From Psammoneis japonica (Eukaryota): a DNA stretch of 64,000 nt. This document shows positions 37,301-47,699 of the stretch, piece after piece. Under the pieces are notes generated by a model. The model made no database searches. It saw nothing but the letters and a program-made list of their open reading frames with translations, and was not told the origin of the DNA. A program made the position numbers and the translations under genes. Position 1 is the stretch's first letter. Every line of letters begins with the position of its first letter. The stretch is taken from NCBI GenBank assembly GCA_008632985.1, contig QPGO01000006.1:186001-250000 (forward strand). The letters run 5' to 3'.

Positions 37301-38433
37301 CTCCTTCCAGCGGTATCGTCGAAAATGAAGCGGCGTCATCTATTGAATCAGACTCGTTGGTCTCAGTAGCGTCTATGGTTGACTTATCAAAAGTTGACAT
37401 CACTGTAGGCGTCTACTACTATCCTTGGCATGCAGATGATTTCCACGGCGGGGGATATTTACGAAAGAAGCTGTCACCGCAGCAGCTTCCTATACTGGGT
37501 GAATACGACGATCGTCGTAGTGACGTCATTGGGCAACATTTAGAATGGAGCCGACAAGCAAATATCAAACTATGGGTGGTGAGCTGGTGGGGCAAGCAAG
37601 ATAGAACAGACAACAACACCTTGGAGGTAATCCTTCCACACAAGGAGCTCCAAGACCATAAGATTGTTTTGTTTTACGAGACCGAGCGTAGGTCTGACTT
37701 CAAGGAAGTTGCAGATGACGTGTCCTACATTTGTGAAAGATACTTTAGTCATGCCAACTATCTCCGTATCAAGGGCAAGCCAGCGTTGGTCATTTATCTA
37801 ACGAGGGCCATGGCACAGAGCGGGACCCTCGAGATGTTTGTTGCAATTGTAAGACAGGCCGCACAGCGTTGTGGTTATGATGTGTACCTCATTGGTGACG
37901 ACGATCCAGATTCTGCGAATGTGAGCTTGGAGTTCTTGGATGCCGTGACGAGACACGATGTGTACGGCAAGGTCAGGGAGATGACGCAAAACGGGTACGC
38001 CGGCAATGGAGCGTTGGACACGTACTATTCCGCCCATGCACGGTGGCGTCAACAGGCTATCGCAAGAAAAGTGGGTTTCATCCCTGGCGTTACTCCCGGT
38101 TTCAACGACCACGGTGTTCGTCAAGGGAATCCTGCATTATCCAGGAAATTGAATGCCACTTCAGACTTTGGTTCGTTTTTTCGTGCGTCGCTGCATAAAG
38201 CTGCATCGTTAGTCGACTCATCGACTGACAATTTGCTTTTTGTAACGTCGTGGAACCAATGGCATGAGGACACCCAAATTGAACCTGTTGCTCGCTCAAA
38301 TCAAACTAAGGTAGACGTGAGCAGCAGCAAGACCAACTTTACAAGTGGTCTGGAGTACGAGGGGTACGGATCTCGATACCTCGATATCTTGCGAGAAGCG
38401 ACCAACAGGAAAAACGTGTCAGTGACTGAATGA
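34390..38433 (+). CDS. Type II membrane fusion of two tandem GT90 (CAP10-like) modules and a C-terminal GH99 (endo-alpha-mannosidase-like) domain
   Basis: Repeated module RFPSV.ERV.IYMSNWY...QYKM.LILEGNDVSS.LKWA; GH99 motifs VYYYPWH, LGEYD, VSWWG, TSWNQWHEDTQIEP, YLDILRE. The ORF start is TTG; a possible exon from ATG 34307 with intron 34353-34402 restores the frame. Confidence 0.85.
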   Translation: MHVVASRGHKLFIALLVIALFLSYVPLWFSVFHSSYVYRIIPYDALNATKFLSSNSRRPEDESSEHVIQFYGSKDEADSRSRRFPSVDERVRIYMSNWYLPECNATRRILYRSKNQTSLTYLVQEEQKGTAYQRVIKAGADPVMDRIFYAAKQEISKCVAESPKGLRRYCTDVQKTLSQLLELQAQQQLRESSPPMLFQFGDTSFTTAATSPAIVGRTDIHPRVPHFKKFRQAISRSKLEHVVTDVLFSDADDNKTNRDDAICRNPPSQGHHPRAMPNMHLQPIIWKLNTERHYIHLREIPRWDIPWQDKMNQAIFRGALTGSSRVKARILELPGNDVSKCLALDRCRVVYRHANSTLVDAKLTKTDQLINSNVAGVPLMSSKVPIAKLLQYKMILILEGNDVSSGLKWAMLSGSVVLMPPPRYTSWAMEERLEPWVHYVPVENLDNIDEQVRWVLRHDAEAQRIAHRGSLWIKDLVLHPDAEKDDEAVYQEIIRRYQKHFVRSENLGISSIYDSIEEANARSSRFPSVEERVKIYMSNWYIPECNDSRKIHYSHQVPNANTTTDDVTSSGLTFLIQEEQDIKAFSRVVTIGTSVGIDHMFHATQQEISTCASDLGSYLRHYCLDAEHSMRSQLLLQARDKQDGGFATPPLLLQFGDSSVAKVRTERHIRVPHFHKFRTAISHSELERVTAAMRFNADNDSSKHSNRSGTACWDHAAKVPHAMLPSMQLQPIISKMNSRRHYHDVSDVPDWDIPWQAKRNVAIFRGDLTGFGRVQHNATIVELPSHDVSKCLALVRCRVAYLHANSTLVDAKLTHTVDLVDSVINDVPVLSPFLDIKQQLQYKMLLILEGNDVSSALKWALMSKSVVLMPPPTYTSWAMEERLEPWVHYVPIENLDNIDEQVLWVLRHDAEAQRIAHRGSLWIKDLVLHPEAEQDDEAIYQEIIRRYQQHFVYSNHLDVPLTPQSVNRVDSPSSGIVENEAASSIESDSLVSVASMVDLSKVDITVGVYYYPWHADDFHGGGYLRKKLSPQQLPILGEYDDRRSDVIGQHLEWSRQANIKLWVVSWWGKQDRTDNNTLEVILPHKELQDHKIVLFYETERRSDFKEVADDVSYICERYFSHANYLRIKGKPALVIYLTRAMAQSGTLEMFVAIVRQAAQRCGYDVYLIGDDDPDSANVSLEFLDAVTRHDVYGKVREMTQNGYAGNGALDTYYSAHARWRQQAIARKVGFIPGVTPGFNDHGVRQGNPALSRKLNATSDFGSFFRASLHKAASLVDSSTDNLLFVTSWNQWHEDTQIEPVARSNQTKVDVSSSKTNFTSGLEYEGYGSRYLDILREATNRKNVSVTE

Positions 38434-38523
38434 CTTTCGACAGTATAAATTAAATTGCGCTACCATTTGCAACACTCTAGAGAGTTAGGGCCGTCTATTC
38501 TACAGCAACGTGATGCCATGGTT

Positions 38524-38720
38524 TTAGACTTGTGGTTGCAAATGTCGAGGTGCCTGTTGATGTTTCGCCCTTTTCTCCAACTTCGACATTGCGTTATCTA
38601 GCCTGAAGAAAATATCGCTGTCGCTTGCCCTTCCCTTCGGATCCAACCGCCGGCAAGCCGTCACTGCGTTCTTCACGGCGACTATTGGGAATCTGACTTT
38701 TGGACGGGGGTTGCCGCAAA
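38524..38720 (-). pseudogene. Orphan last-exon fragment of a paralogue of the kinase at 57097..58893
   Basis: IVAVKNAVTACRRLDPKGRASDSDIFFRLDNAMSKLEKRAKHQQAPRHLQPQV vs IVAMKNAVTACLKFDPKERASANDIFFMLDNALSMLEKRAKQQHAPRHLQPQG. Confidence 0.85.
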
Positions 38721-39406
38721 CCCCAAGTGTTTTTAATGACGTTTGTGGCTTCCTCTTTCTTGATTCATTCTTCCAGATCATGCTTGCTACTTGTTCAACT
38801 TTCAGAAACCCAGTGCCTGTACCACTGGTATGTAGAGTGCATGTACGCTCAGAGGGACGTTGCTTCCTCGAGAGTTGGTGCCTGTGGTTGTGGCAGTCTA
38901 CTCCAGCCTGGACTTGTTGATGATTATGCGGCACATTTTTAAAATGAAATGCGACCGCTAGTTATTCTAATGCCGCCTGAATTCCCCACGGGGACATCGT
39001 TGGGTTAGATTTTGATGGTGAAACGACTGGGATATTCCGATAGCCTGTTAAAAGAACTGCTTCCGTTGAGGACGCTTCACGACAGCGTGAGTATCCACAG
39101 ATACTAATCTCCCTTCATCCACATATGTATTCATTTATGAGTTTGTGGCGACTCAATACAATTCATGCAAAAAACGTTGCACCCATCGATGTGCGTGGTT
39201 GTAGATGGAAATCTAGACAAGCTCGCTGTGCGGAATCGTGGGAATGATCACTCCAAAAACTGTTTTAGACCGTCATATTATTTACTCCCCCCGTTATTAA
39301 CTACCCCTAGTTTCTTTTACAAAAGAGCTCTGAAAAGCTGCCCTCGATTTCTTCGCAAGCTCTTGCGCCTTATTTTCCCCTCTTCTTCCTCTCCATTATC
39401 TATGCT

Positions 39407-42400
39407 TTAGAAGTCATCGTGCAAAGTAGATTTTTCATCTTCTTTTCTTGCAAACGCTCCATTGGTAGCTTGAGCAACAAAGGTTGGATGACCTTTTTGG
39501 ATTGCGGCAATCAAAAAGGACGGTTCTACTCCGAGACGTGCTGCGTGACGTTCAATCACCTCCATTGCTGCGGCAGATTCGGGAGTTTTACTTTTCTGGA
39601 GAGATGATTGCGAATTGTTTCCTTCATCTGCTTGAATAGTTGGCTGGTTGGACAGCTCTAAAATGGATCCCAACTCATCATCCACAGCTCGAACTTCGAA
39701 ATCAGCTTGCTGTCGATTTGAGTGTCTCTCTGACTTGGTGCCAAAGTGACCTTTACGTTTCTTCTTTTTACCCTCATTTTCGAGCGCAGGTGGAAGAATG
39801 CATTCGGCGTCTTCTGGAGATATAGTACTCTCGTCTTCGCTGCTAATTAGAGACAACACAGCTGCAAGGATTTCTGTCGGTGGCGGCTCAACGGCGTTGT
39901 CTTGATTAGTATTTGTGGTTGTAGGCAACGTGCTGTCGTCCAAGTTTGAAGATACCTTACTTGAAATCCCAGCCGGCGACGGCATGTGTGGTGTTGACGG
40001 CTGACGACCAAAAGCTTGCAGGCAACGACCTTGGCTAGAGGATCTCGTTTTAGGATGATGAGCCTGGCCTTCCTTCGTTTCTGTTAATGCGACAATCGGT
40101 GTATGTTTGGCTTTATCCTTTTGTAGGGACACGAGGGGTTCATTTTTTGTTTTGGAGTTCTTCTCGGCATCTTTCTTTGATGACATAGTGGAGTCTATCT
40201 CATTTTTAGGCTTGGTCTCGCTCGTTTCACTTGCGATGTCTTGTTCAGGTTTGGTCTCGTCGGGGCTTGTTCCTGTTGCTGGCTCCTTATACGTGGATCG
40301 ATCGTCCAGTGGAGTTGGTTTTCTTGGGCTAGTATCGGATTCCTTCGTATCACGAATCTGTATCGCAGCAGCAAGACTGGCAGATGTGCCTACGGGCTTA
40401 GCAGTTTTCGGTGATAGCGCGCGAGAAAATATCTTTGTTGAACTTATCGACCAACCTTTCCTCACGGAGGGATCGTAAACGACTTCGACCTCTGGTGCAA
40501 CGACTGAACAGTCTATCATCTGTTCTGAATGTGATCCTTCCGGTATCGTGGCACCAGGTTGGTTCCCTTTATGTAGCAGTTTATTGGTCATACTTCCAGC
40601 TGGCTTTAGGCTTCGCTGCGACGATACTGTTTTCTCTGGGCTCTCATCTGAAGCCTTGGCTGATGAAACGGTAGGTGAAATTGTCAACAACTTTGCTTTG
40701 GAAGTCTTTGCCGCTTCTTCAGCCTTTACGCTTTCACTGGAAGACAGAACTCTTGAATATCTTCCGTCAGCACAAACTATCTTTGACTTTCTTTCGTTGG
40801 AGCCAATCAAGTGTTTTTTTCCTTCCATAGAGGAGACAAGCGCTACCCGGGATTCATCATTTGTCGATTCCATTGTATTTTTAGCCGTTGATGCAGATGG
40901 CATGCTGGAGAGTTTCGCTGCGGTCCTGGACGATCGTGATGTTTCAGTTCTATTGTTCTTTTTTGTTGAATCCACCTTCGTCTCATTACCAACAACTAGA
41001 CGCGGGGGCTTGTGCCGAGTATATGAGCTCGTTTGAACGATTGGCGTACCTGTCGACTTTCTGCTGCTGCGTGCTGCGCTCATGTGAGATGAAGTATTGT
41101 AGTAGTCGCTCGATGCCGTAGATGGTTGCTCTTTGGTCTTGTGTATAGAACCACTCCTTGTATTGAACGAGGCAATTTTTTTCTCTGCCGATGTGCTCAT
41201 TTTTGAACGACTTCGGTTAGGTTGCAAATGCATTATCTGTTTCCGATTTCTCTTTGGCCTCAAATCAGCTGCGAATGTCTTCGTATATTGCCAATGAGAC
41301 GACAAAGACACCTCAATACCATGCAACTCCGAGGGTTCTTCCTCGTCGTGACCCGCAATCTCTACAATAGTTTCGTCCGCCTTAGTTTTACTATCGTGAT
41401 GGTTCTCTTCAATCTTCTCTCCATCCGTAGAGTTGGCAGGCATTCTAATAAACCGTTGAGAGTTGTCCCCGCATTGAATTGAGCGTTTTCTTTCATTGGT
41501 TGACAATGAAGGAACAGAAACTTGCTCATGAGCTGCACCGTTTGATAAGGAAATCTTTTGAAACGATGCGGAAGACTCCGGAATAATCTTGGGTTTCTCT
41601 TCTCTTTCTTTGATTTTGGATTGTTTTCCTCTCTCGTTCGAGCCATCTCTTGCTTGTTCGGCATTAGCGTCTTCCGCTTTATCTGCGTAGCGAGCCTCAC
41701 TCGTCGGAACTGTGCAATCTGCCTTTATTTCTCTTTCACGGCTTTTCTGGCTACCAAAAGGAGCAATACACATAAGGGATTTCCATTTCTTGCGATTCTT
41801 GTCAACTCCGTTTCCAAAGCTCGAGCTAATGTTTGCTCTCTTTTGTTTCTGGGTCGGATTATCTCTGCATAAATCTTGGTGTTTATCAGGGTCGATTTTT
41901 CTTTCGTCGCGTTCAATATTCTGTTCCTTCTGGAAGCCCGTGTCTAACCCATCTTGAGCTAACACTTGAAGTTTTGGGAGTTTCGTTTTGGCGGAGTGAG
42001 AAATATCTTCTTTCGGTGGGAAAGAGTCTCGCACCTTGCTTTCTTTTCTGTCTTGTGTTAAAGGATGTGCATTACGGTTTGAATGCAGGAGCACCGAAGG
42101 AGACAAAAGCTTCGACGTATCTTTAGAAACTTGAAAGAACGATGTTTCTACCGGACACTCCTGTGGAAATGGCGATTTGTCATCCACAGCAAGACTCTCC
42201 AGTCTACGATCGTTCTGTTGCTTCTTTGACTCACTCTGCAAAACAATATCCTCGTGGGCAAGAGGTGTAGCATTGCTCAAGGGCGAAGGACAGTATTCAT
42301 GCTTACGTTGAACCGTCACGTTGAGGGGAGGTGCACTTTTGTTCTGGATCTGCTTTTCCGACGAGTGGTGGCGAACAAAGAGCGGCGTATTATCCCACGC

Positions 42401-43015
42401 ATCTTCTTCTTCCGCCACTGACTTGGTCACGGACGGAACTTTTTTGGTCTTTCTTGTTGCGATGAAAATCATGTCGCCACTCATCTCCATTGCCTCGTCA
42501 ATTTCTTCTGTAGAGCCGCCGTTGCCAAGTGAGACTTCGTTGAAGTCCTGGAAATCACCATTATCGTCGGACATTCGCTTTTTCTCGGGATTGTCATCTT
42601 CACGTTCTTTTTCGCCCTGCAACGAAGTGGCGGAGGAGTATTTGTCGAGAACAATGCCAGAAGACGACTGGGATGACTCATCAAAGCTACCATTATGAAA
42701 ATTGTAGTGATGAGCTTTGAGGTATTCCTCTAGACTGTTCGCACATAATACGGCTTCCGGATCACAGTCTCCTCGGAACTCTGCGCCCTTTCTTTGAAAG
42801 GAGCGTCTCTGGAAAAGACTGAACCGCTTGCTTTTTGGTGGCACTGCAATACTTGGGCTGGCATTGTCTTGTCGGGTATCAAACTTCTCTTGCCGCTGGC
42901 AACCTTCATCTCTCGTTTCTGAATAGGACAAACCCCGCTTCGTTGGATCTTCCCCTAGGTTTCTGCGCTTCAGTGCAATCACGCCTTCCTCGGAGCTCTC
43001 TGTTTGACTCTTCAT
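39407..43015 (-). CDS. Large S/K/E-rich, probably disordered hypothetical protein
   Basis: 1202-aa uninterrupted ORF with normal composition; no domain recognised. Confidence 0.75.
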   Translation of the reverse strand: MKSQTESSEEGVIALKRRNLGEDPTKRGLSYSETRDEGCQRQEKFDTRQDNASPSIAVPPKSKRFSLFQRRSFQRKGAEFRGDCDPEAVLCANSLEEYLKAHHYNFHNGSFDESSQSSSGIVLDKYSSATSLQGEKEREDDNPEKKRMSDDNGDFQDFNEVSLGNGGSTEEIDEAMEMSGDMIFIATRKTKKVPSVTKSVAEEEDAWDNTPLFVRHHSSEKQIQNKSAPPLNVTVQRKHEYCPSPLSNATPLAHEDIVLQSESKKQQNDRRLESLAVDDKSPFPQECPVETSFFQVSKDTSKLLSPSVLLHSNRNAHPLTQDRKESKVRDSFPPKEDISHSAKTKLPKLQVLAQDGLDTGFQKEQNIERDERKIDPDKHQDLCRDNPTQKQKRANISSSFGNGVDKNRKKWKSLMCIAPFGSQKSREREIKADCTVPTSEARYADKAEDANAEQARDGSNERGKQSKIKEREEKPKIIPESSASFQKISLSNGAAHEQVSVPSLSTNERKRSIQCGDNSQRFIRMPANSTDGEKIEENHHDSKTKADETIVEIAGHDEEEPSELHGIEVSLSSHWQYTKTFAADLRPKRNRKQIMHLQPNRSRSKMSTSAEKKIASFNTRSGSIHKTKEQPSTASSDYYNTSSHMSAARSSRKSTGTPIVQTSSYTRHKPPRLVVGNETKVDSTKKNNRTETSRSSRTAAKLSSMPSASTAKNTMESTNDESRVALVSSMEGKKHLIGSNERKSKIVCADGRYSRVLSSSESVKAEEAAKTSKAKLLTISPTVSSAKASDESPEKTVSSQRSLKPAGSMTNKLLHKGNQPGATIPEGSHSEQMIDCSVVAPEVEVVYDPSVRKGWSISSTKIFSRALSPKTAKPVGTSASLAAAIQIRDTKESDTSPRKPTPLDDRSTYKEPATGTSPDETKPEQDIASETSETKPKNEIDSTMSSKKDAEKNSKTKNEPLVSLQKDKAKHTPIVALTETKEGQAHHPKTRSSSQGRCLQAFGRQPSTPHMPSPAGISSKVSSNLDDSTLPTTTNTNQDNAVEPPPTEILAAVLSLISSEDESTISPEDAECILPPALENEGKKKKRKGHFGTKSERHSNRQQADFEVRAVDDELGSILELSNQPTIQADEGNNSQSSLQKSKTPESAAAMEVIERHAARLGVEPSFLIAAIQKGHPTFVAQATNGAFARKEDEKSTLHDDF

Positions 43016-43488
43016 CGTATAGAGCGCAACAACCGTATTGAATTGTCTCTTTTTCTACCCTACCTTTCAAACTTGAGCGCAACAACCGCAGTACCGGTAT
43101 GATGAGTGATGAGAAGGATCGCAAAAGACGCAGGCATCACGGATTTTTGTGACTCCGCAAGTCGCTCATTTTATATTACTTATATGAACATATATATAGT
43201 ATACACAGCAAAGTTTACTACTGTACAATCGGATAGGATTGATTATGATTATTCATATATTTTAAGTTTTTATAATTCGCCACCAGATTATTCAATATAT
43301 ATTCGTACATTAAATGTTTAATTCAAAAATTTTAGCGAACGAACGCACACCGGTCGCCGGCCGGCTACTCGCCACATTTTTCAAAAAACGATTTGAAATT
43401 TTGTTTTCACCTCAATCACCACTCGCTCACCCTCTCCGGCCTCTCCGCCAACCTTACGGTACCTCCTGTTGCCTATATACTCTAAAAA

Positions 43489-44952
43489 ATGGCGGCACAA
43501 CATTTCTGTTCTTTCCTCTTTTTATCCCTATGTGTCGGTAGCGTGCATGCCCAATGCAAGGCTGATAACGAAGGCAACGGAGTTTTCTCCTTCAACTGTG
43601 AATTTCCTTTTTTCTGGAAAGGGGTCGAATACGACAGTTGCACAATGATAGACCACGATACTCCGTGGTGTATGCTCGAAAGCACACTTGGTCCTTCAGG
43701 TGAATGGGGTGAATGCGAAGACTCTCGAGCTTGCCTGGGTGGCCAAGAGGAACCGACAGATCCTCCCGAAGAACCAGAGCCCACGTATCGGCCAGGATTC
43801 CTGAATGCCTCTGAGGTTGGTTTGATTCTCTCCCAAGGACTTACGGCACGTATTATTGCCAAGAGTGGGGACCCTGTCCAGTATCATAATGCATACAATT
43901 CCTCGCTTGAGTTTCATGGACGTCCAGACTTTGGAGCCACTTTTGAAGACACTTCGAAAGACAATGATGGTGGGTGGATATACGTTATCAATTCTGAAAT
44001 GCTGGAAAGAGGGGCGGGTGGAGTCGGAGCCATCACATTCGACAAAGATGGCAATGTTGTCAATTATAAAAATTTGCTCTCTAATACAACCGCGAATTGT
44101 GGTGGAGGCCGAACGCCATGGAACACGTGGGCTTCTTGCGAAGAGACAACTGTGGACAAGTCGGGATACCGCGGTCAAATCTATCAAGTGGATCCGACAG
44201 GTGCCAGAAAAGCGGAAAAAATGACAATGGGCTTGGATGGAGAACAATTCGAATCGTTTACCTATGATGATCGAGACAGAAGCCGGCCACGCTTCTTTGC
44301 ATCAGTCGATCATCGTTCTGGTGCCTTGAGGCGATGGACACCCAAGAATCCGAATTGGAATGATCCATGGTCTATGCTTCACGGTGAAGGAGTATTGGAT
44401 TTCTTGTACGTATATCCTGACAATCCCAGCAATACATCGACATCTGGAGGAACATTTGAGTGGGTTTCGGATCGGAATGCAGGAATGGAGAGTGCACGCC
44501 TACACTATCCAGGGTCAGAAGCGATTGATCGCGTGGACAACATGCTATTTTTTGTATCGAAGACTCGAAAAGTACTTCTCATGCTCGACCTAGATGCAAT
44601 GACGTTTACGAGACAGTCGACGGTGCATGGCGTGTTTGAGGGTCACGCCGATCAGATTAAACGGATCCTGGCTGATGATGTTGGCGATCAAATTCTGTAC
44701 ATGACTGAAGAACGCATCGCTAACACAAATGGGGGGATTCACGGTCGAAACAGTCAAGGTCAGTATTTTACTATTCTTGAAGGCGACGTGGCGCTTTACA
44801 GGTCAGAAACTACCGCATTGTCGTTCAGTCCTGATGGATACCACTTGTATTTTGCTTTTCAAGAAACTGGTCACGTCTTTGATGTGACAAGAGAAGACGG
44901 GCTTCCTTTTCACGGCCGGTCATTAGACGTAAACTACCACAATGTCGCTTAG
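43489..44952 (+). CDS. Secreted fibronectin type II domain + PhoX-like (DUF839) alkaline phosphatase
   Basis: Signal peptide; FN2 CEFPFFWKGVEYDSCT...PWC...WGEC; PhoX NSE, NCGGGRTPWNTWASCEE, FSPDG.HLY. Confidence 0.8.
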   Translation: MAAQHFCSFLFLSLCVGSVHAQCKADNEGNGVFSFNCEFPFFWKGVEYDSCTMIDHDTPWCMLESTLGPSGEWGECEDSRACLGGQEEPTDPPEEPEPTYRPGFLNASEVGLILSQGLTARIIAKSGDPVQYHNAYNSSLEFHGRPDFGATFEDTSKDNDGGWIYVINSEMLERGAGGVGAITFDKDGNVVNYKNLLSNTTANCGGGRTPWNTWASCEETTVDKSGYRGQIYQVDPTGARKAEKMTMGLDGEQFESFTYDDRDRSRPRFFASVDHRSGALRRWTPKNPNWNDPWSMLHGEGVLDFLYVYPDNPSNTSTSGGTFEWVSDRNAGMESARLHYPGSEAIDRVDNMLFFVSKTRKVLLMLDLDAMTFTRQSTVHGVFEGHADQIKRILADDVGDQILYMTEERIANTNGGIHGRNSQGQYFTILEGDVALYRSETTALSFSPDGYHLYFAFQETGHVFDVTREDGLPFHGRSLDVNYHNVA

Positions 44953-45139
44953 TAAATTCCCCGCTTAGTGACCTCAGTATTCGTGCTTTTTTTGTCCTGC
45001 AAAAGTGTTAAAGTGTAGCAGAGGCCCCTTTTCATTTTGAAGTTGAACCTATGCGGGAACAGCTCGGAACCCAAAAACTCATCATCAGTTGCCCCCATCT
45101 TGTCCAATCTACATTATTTTTGCAAAATCATCAAAAGTC

Positions 45140-47250
45140 TTGGATGATCCTTGCGACCTGCCCCAACCTTCCACACCAGTGGCACATTTTTCAGCAAGAT
45201 TTCAGGATTTCAACTGTTGCAGCAACATCATTTGCTTCATGAAAATTGTGTCCAATCCCACATCCCACGTGAACAGTGCTGCCCGTGGATGGAGGAAACA
45301 TGTTGGCCAGGCAAAGCAGCAGCCATTGGTCAAATGACATTCCTGCCAGAGCAACAGGATTCATTCAAGTCAGCAACAGCTGAAAGAAAACCAACAGCTC
45401 AACAGAAAAAACTGATGGTGAAATCACTGCACTTGTTGAAGATCAAAGCCCATGACACTCACACAGTGTGTGGGCACCTTGTGTGCTTCAGCGTGCACCA
45501 GGAAATTCTTTGTGAAACAAGCCAGATGTTGTTGCCACACAATGCATGGGAAGAGCCCACAAATTTGCCTGTTTCCTTCCACTGATGAAGGGCAAGCACC
45601 ATTGTGCTGTGCTCATCTTTGGCTCAAACAATCTCTTTTGAGGGCAACAATGTGCAAATTTGCGGGGTTCTTGAGGATGGGTCATTGTTGTGTGGTCAGT
45701 TTTGCAGGAGCTTGCAGCTTTCATTAAAAATCTGGAATGTCTTGCAACAAATGCACATGCTCACCAAAATGAAATTTTGGCGACAGGTCAAACTTTTTCT
45801 GCAAGACATTGCAGAGTGCATCATGGACGATGGTTTTGACCATGCATGGTGTTTGGCTTGTTGACTGCAGACATGTTCACAGCCAGTCAAATGCCAATTG
45901 TTTGCATTTCCTCTGGAAAGAAGTTGTCAGCATGTTCCAGCTCCAAGTGATCTGTGATCCATCACACCAGATGTCAGCTTCCAGCTGACAGAGCTGAGGG
46001 TCGCATGATTTGGCACAAGGAGCTCCTTCAACTTTGATCATTTAAAAAATCAAAAGGTGAGTGCACAAAAAAAAATTAAGTTTTGTGTGCACTCACCCTT
46101 CAATTTTGGAAAAAAATCAAAATCAAAGGAGTTTGTTGTGCCAAATGCAAAAATGGGCCAGATCGTGCTTCTTTTTTCTTTTTTGGACACCCAGAGCTGG
46201 AAAAGGCCTGCAGGGCCAGCCTGCCACAAACTGCAAGCAACACAAGTTTGTTGAAAAGTGGTGGTTCATCAAATGTGACAACCATGCCATGCCTGACAAC
46301 TGGCACATCAAGGCTGAAGGCTGACAAGTGCAGCTCACACTGCAAAAGTCTGACAGCCCCAGCAGAAGGCAGAAACATTCTCTCGCAAGCATTTGGGGGT
46401 GCTCAAAGGCATTGCAAAATGAGGCAGGTCAAATGCAGGAAAACAGGAAAGTCACGAGACATCAAAAAACAGCACCAGCCAACAACCCATCCTCAAATTG
46501 CAGAGTTTTAAGTCACAACCAGCTTGTTTTGCTGCGAATGCATCGCTGCCTTGTTGCTGAAGCAAATGCACCAAGAACACTCTGCGGTCAAACATCCATG
46601 CAAGAAGCAGGCCTGCTGCAGGTGAAGCAAGACAGGTCCCTCTGTTGGCATGACAACCACGCATGTTTCACATGCCCTCTGAATGCAAAGGGCTGCAGCT
46701 GTGGTTGTCACGACAGCGCAAAGTCTGGGTGGACTGTGTGCATGTTTTGTAAATGCCTGTCATCACAACCATCACTTGCGGGACCTGGTGATCAATTGCA
46801 GTTGACATTGTGGTCATTTTCTGCAATTTAAGAACCACACAAATTTGACTTTTCTTGGCTGCTGCTCTTTGCAGCTGCTGAAGCAGCCCTGCCCCGTTGA
46901 AAGCAATGTTCTCTCCAGCCAGCAGAAGCTGTGCGCTGCTGCGTGAGTGCACATTTTTTGTGCCCCAGTGGTTGATTTTTGTTTGACCCTAACATGGGCC
47001 CACTCTCAACAAAGAAGTTCAGCATCTTGAATCCTGCTCGTGTCTGAGCAAGGGTTGCTGTGGGGCAGGGGCAGTGCCCCTGAACAAGGCACAGCACTTT
47101 CAGCTTTTGTGTGTGAGAGGAGGGTGTTTCCTCCACCCTCCACCAGACAGTTGCAAACCTGTTGGTGTTGCCTGTTTAGCTTGCACGTCGTGAGGACTCA
47201 CACAATGCTCTTCGTGAACAACCGTGAAACGGAGAAGACCTCACCTGGCT
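45140..47250. other. TpA/CpG-depleted domain 5
   Basis: TA and CG nearly absent. Confidence 0.85.
45930..46210. mobile_element. Palindromic MITE-like element, copy 2
   Basis: tgttccagctccaagtga ... aaggtgagtgcacaaaa / ttttgtgtgcactcaccctt ... gagctggaaaaggc; shares aaggagtttgttgtgccaaatgc with the reverse complement of 16949-16971. Confidence 0.6.
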
Positions 47251-47699
47251 GACCACCTTGGAATTAATCCAGGTTTTTCACGCCACGTCATCGTCCCTAA
47301 GTGTTCTTTGCACGGGAATAGTACGTCATCGACCACGCAACAACGTCGGAAGTCGCACGTCGTTTCGACACTTGCACCAGGCTTCGGGGGGGGGGCGTTT
47401 ATCTCCCGGGGTACTCCACCGTACTTTGTATGTGGCATTCTCATGTACATCCACATGGCCCAGAAAATCAGGGATAGACGAGTTTCTTCCGAGATCGCCC
47501 CGTTTTAGCCATAGTCCTAATTTCGAACAATCGCCAAGCAGACCGCCGCCACTTTTTCTTGTCTGTGTGGGCGGTGGCAACGTCGTGTCAACAGCAGTGT
47601 ATCGCTGTCTATCTGAAGGAATACGAAAATCTCTGATTGTTGTCACCAATAGCGCAGTCGAATATTCTACACCTTCACCTGAGAAAGCATTGGGGAAAA

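Noticed and set aside
40107..42698. Plus-strand ORFs opposite the 1202-aa gene (and similar antisense ORFs over other genes)
   Set aside because: Shadow ORFs of the real coding strand.
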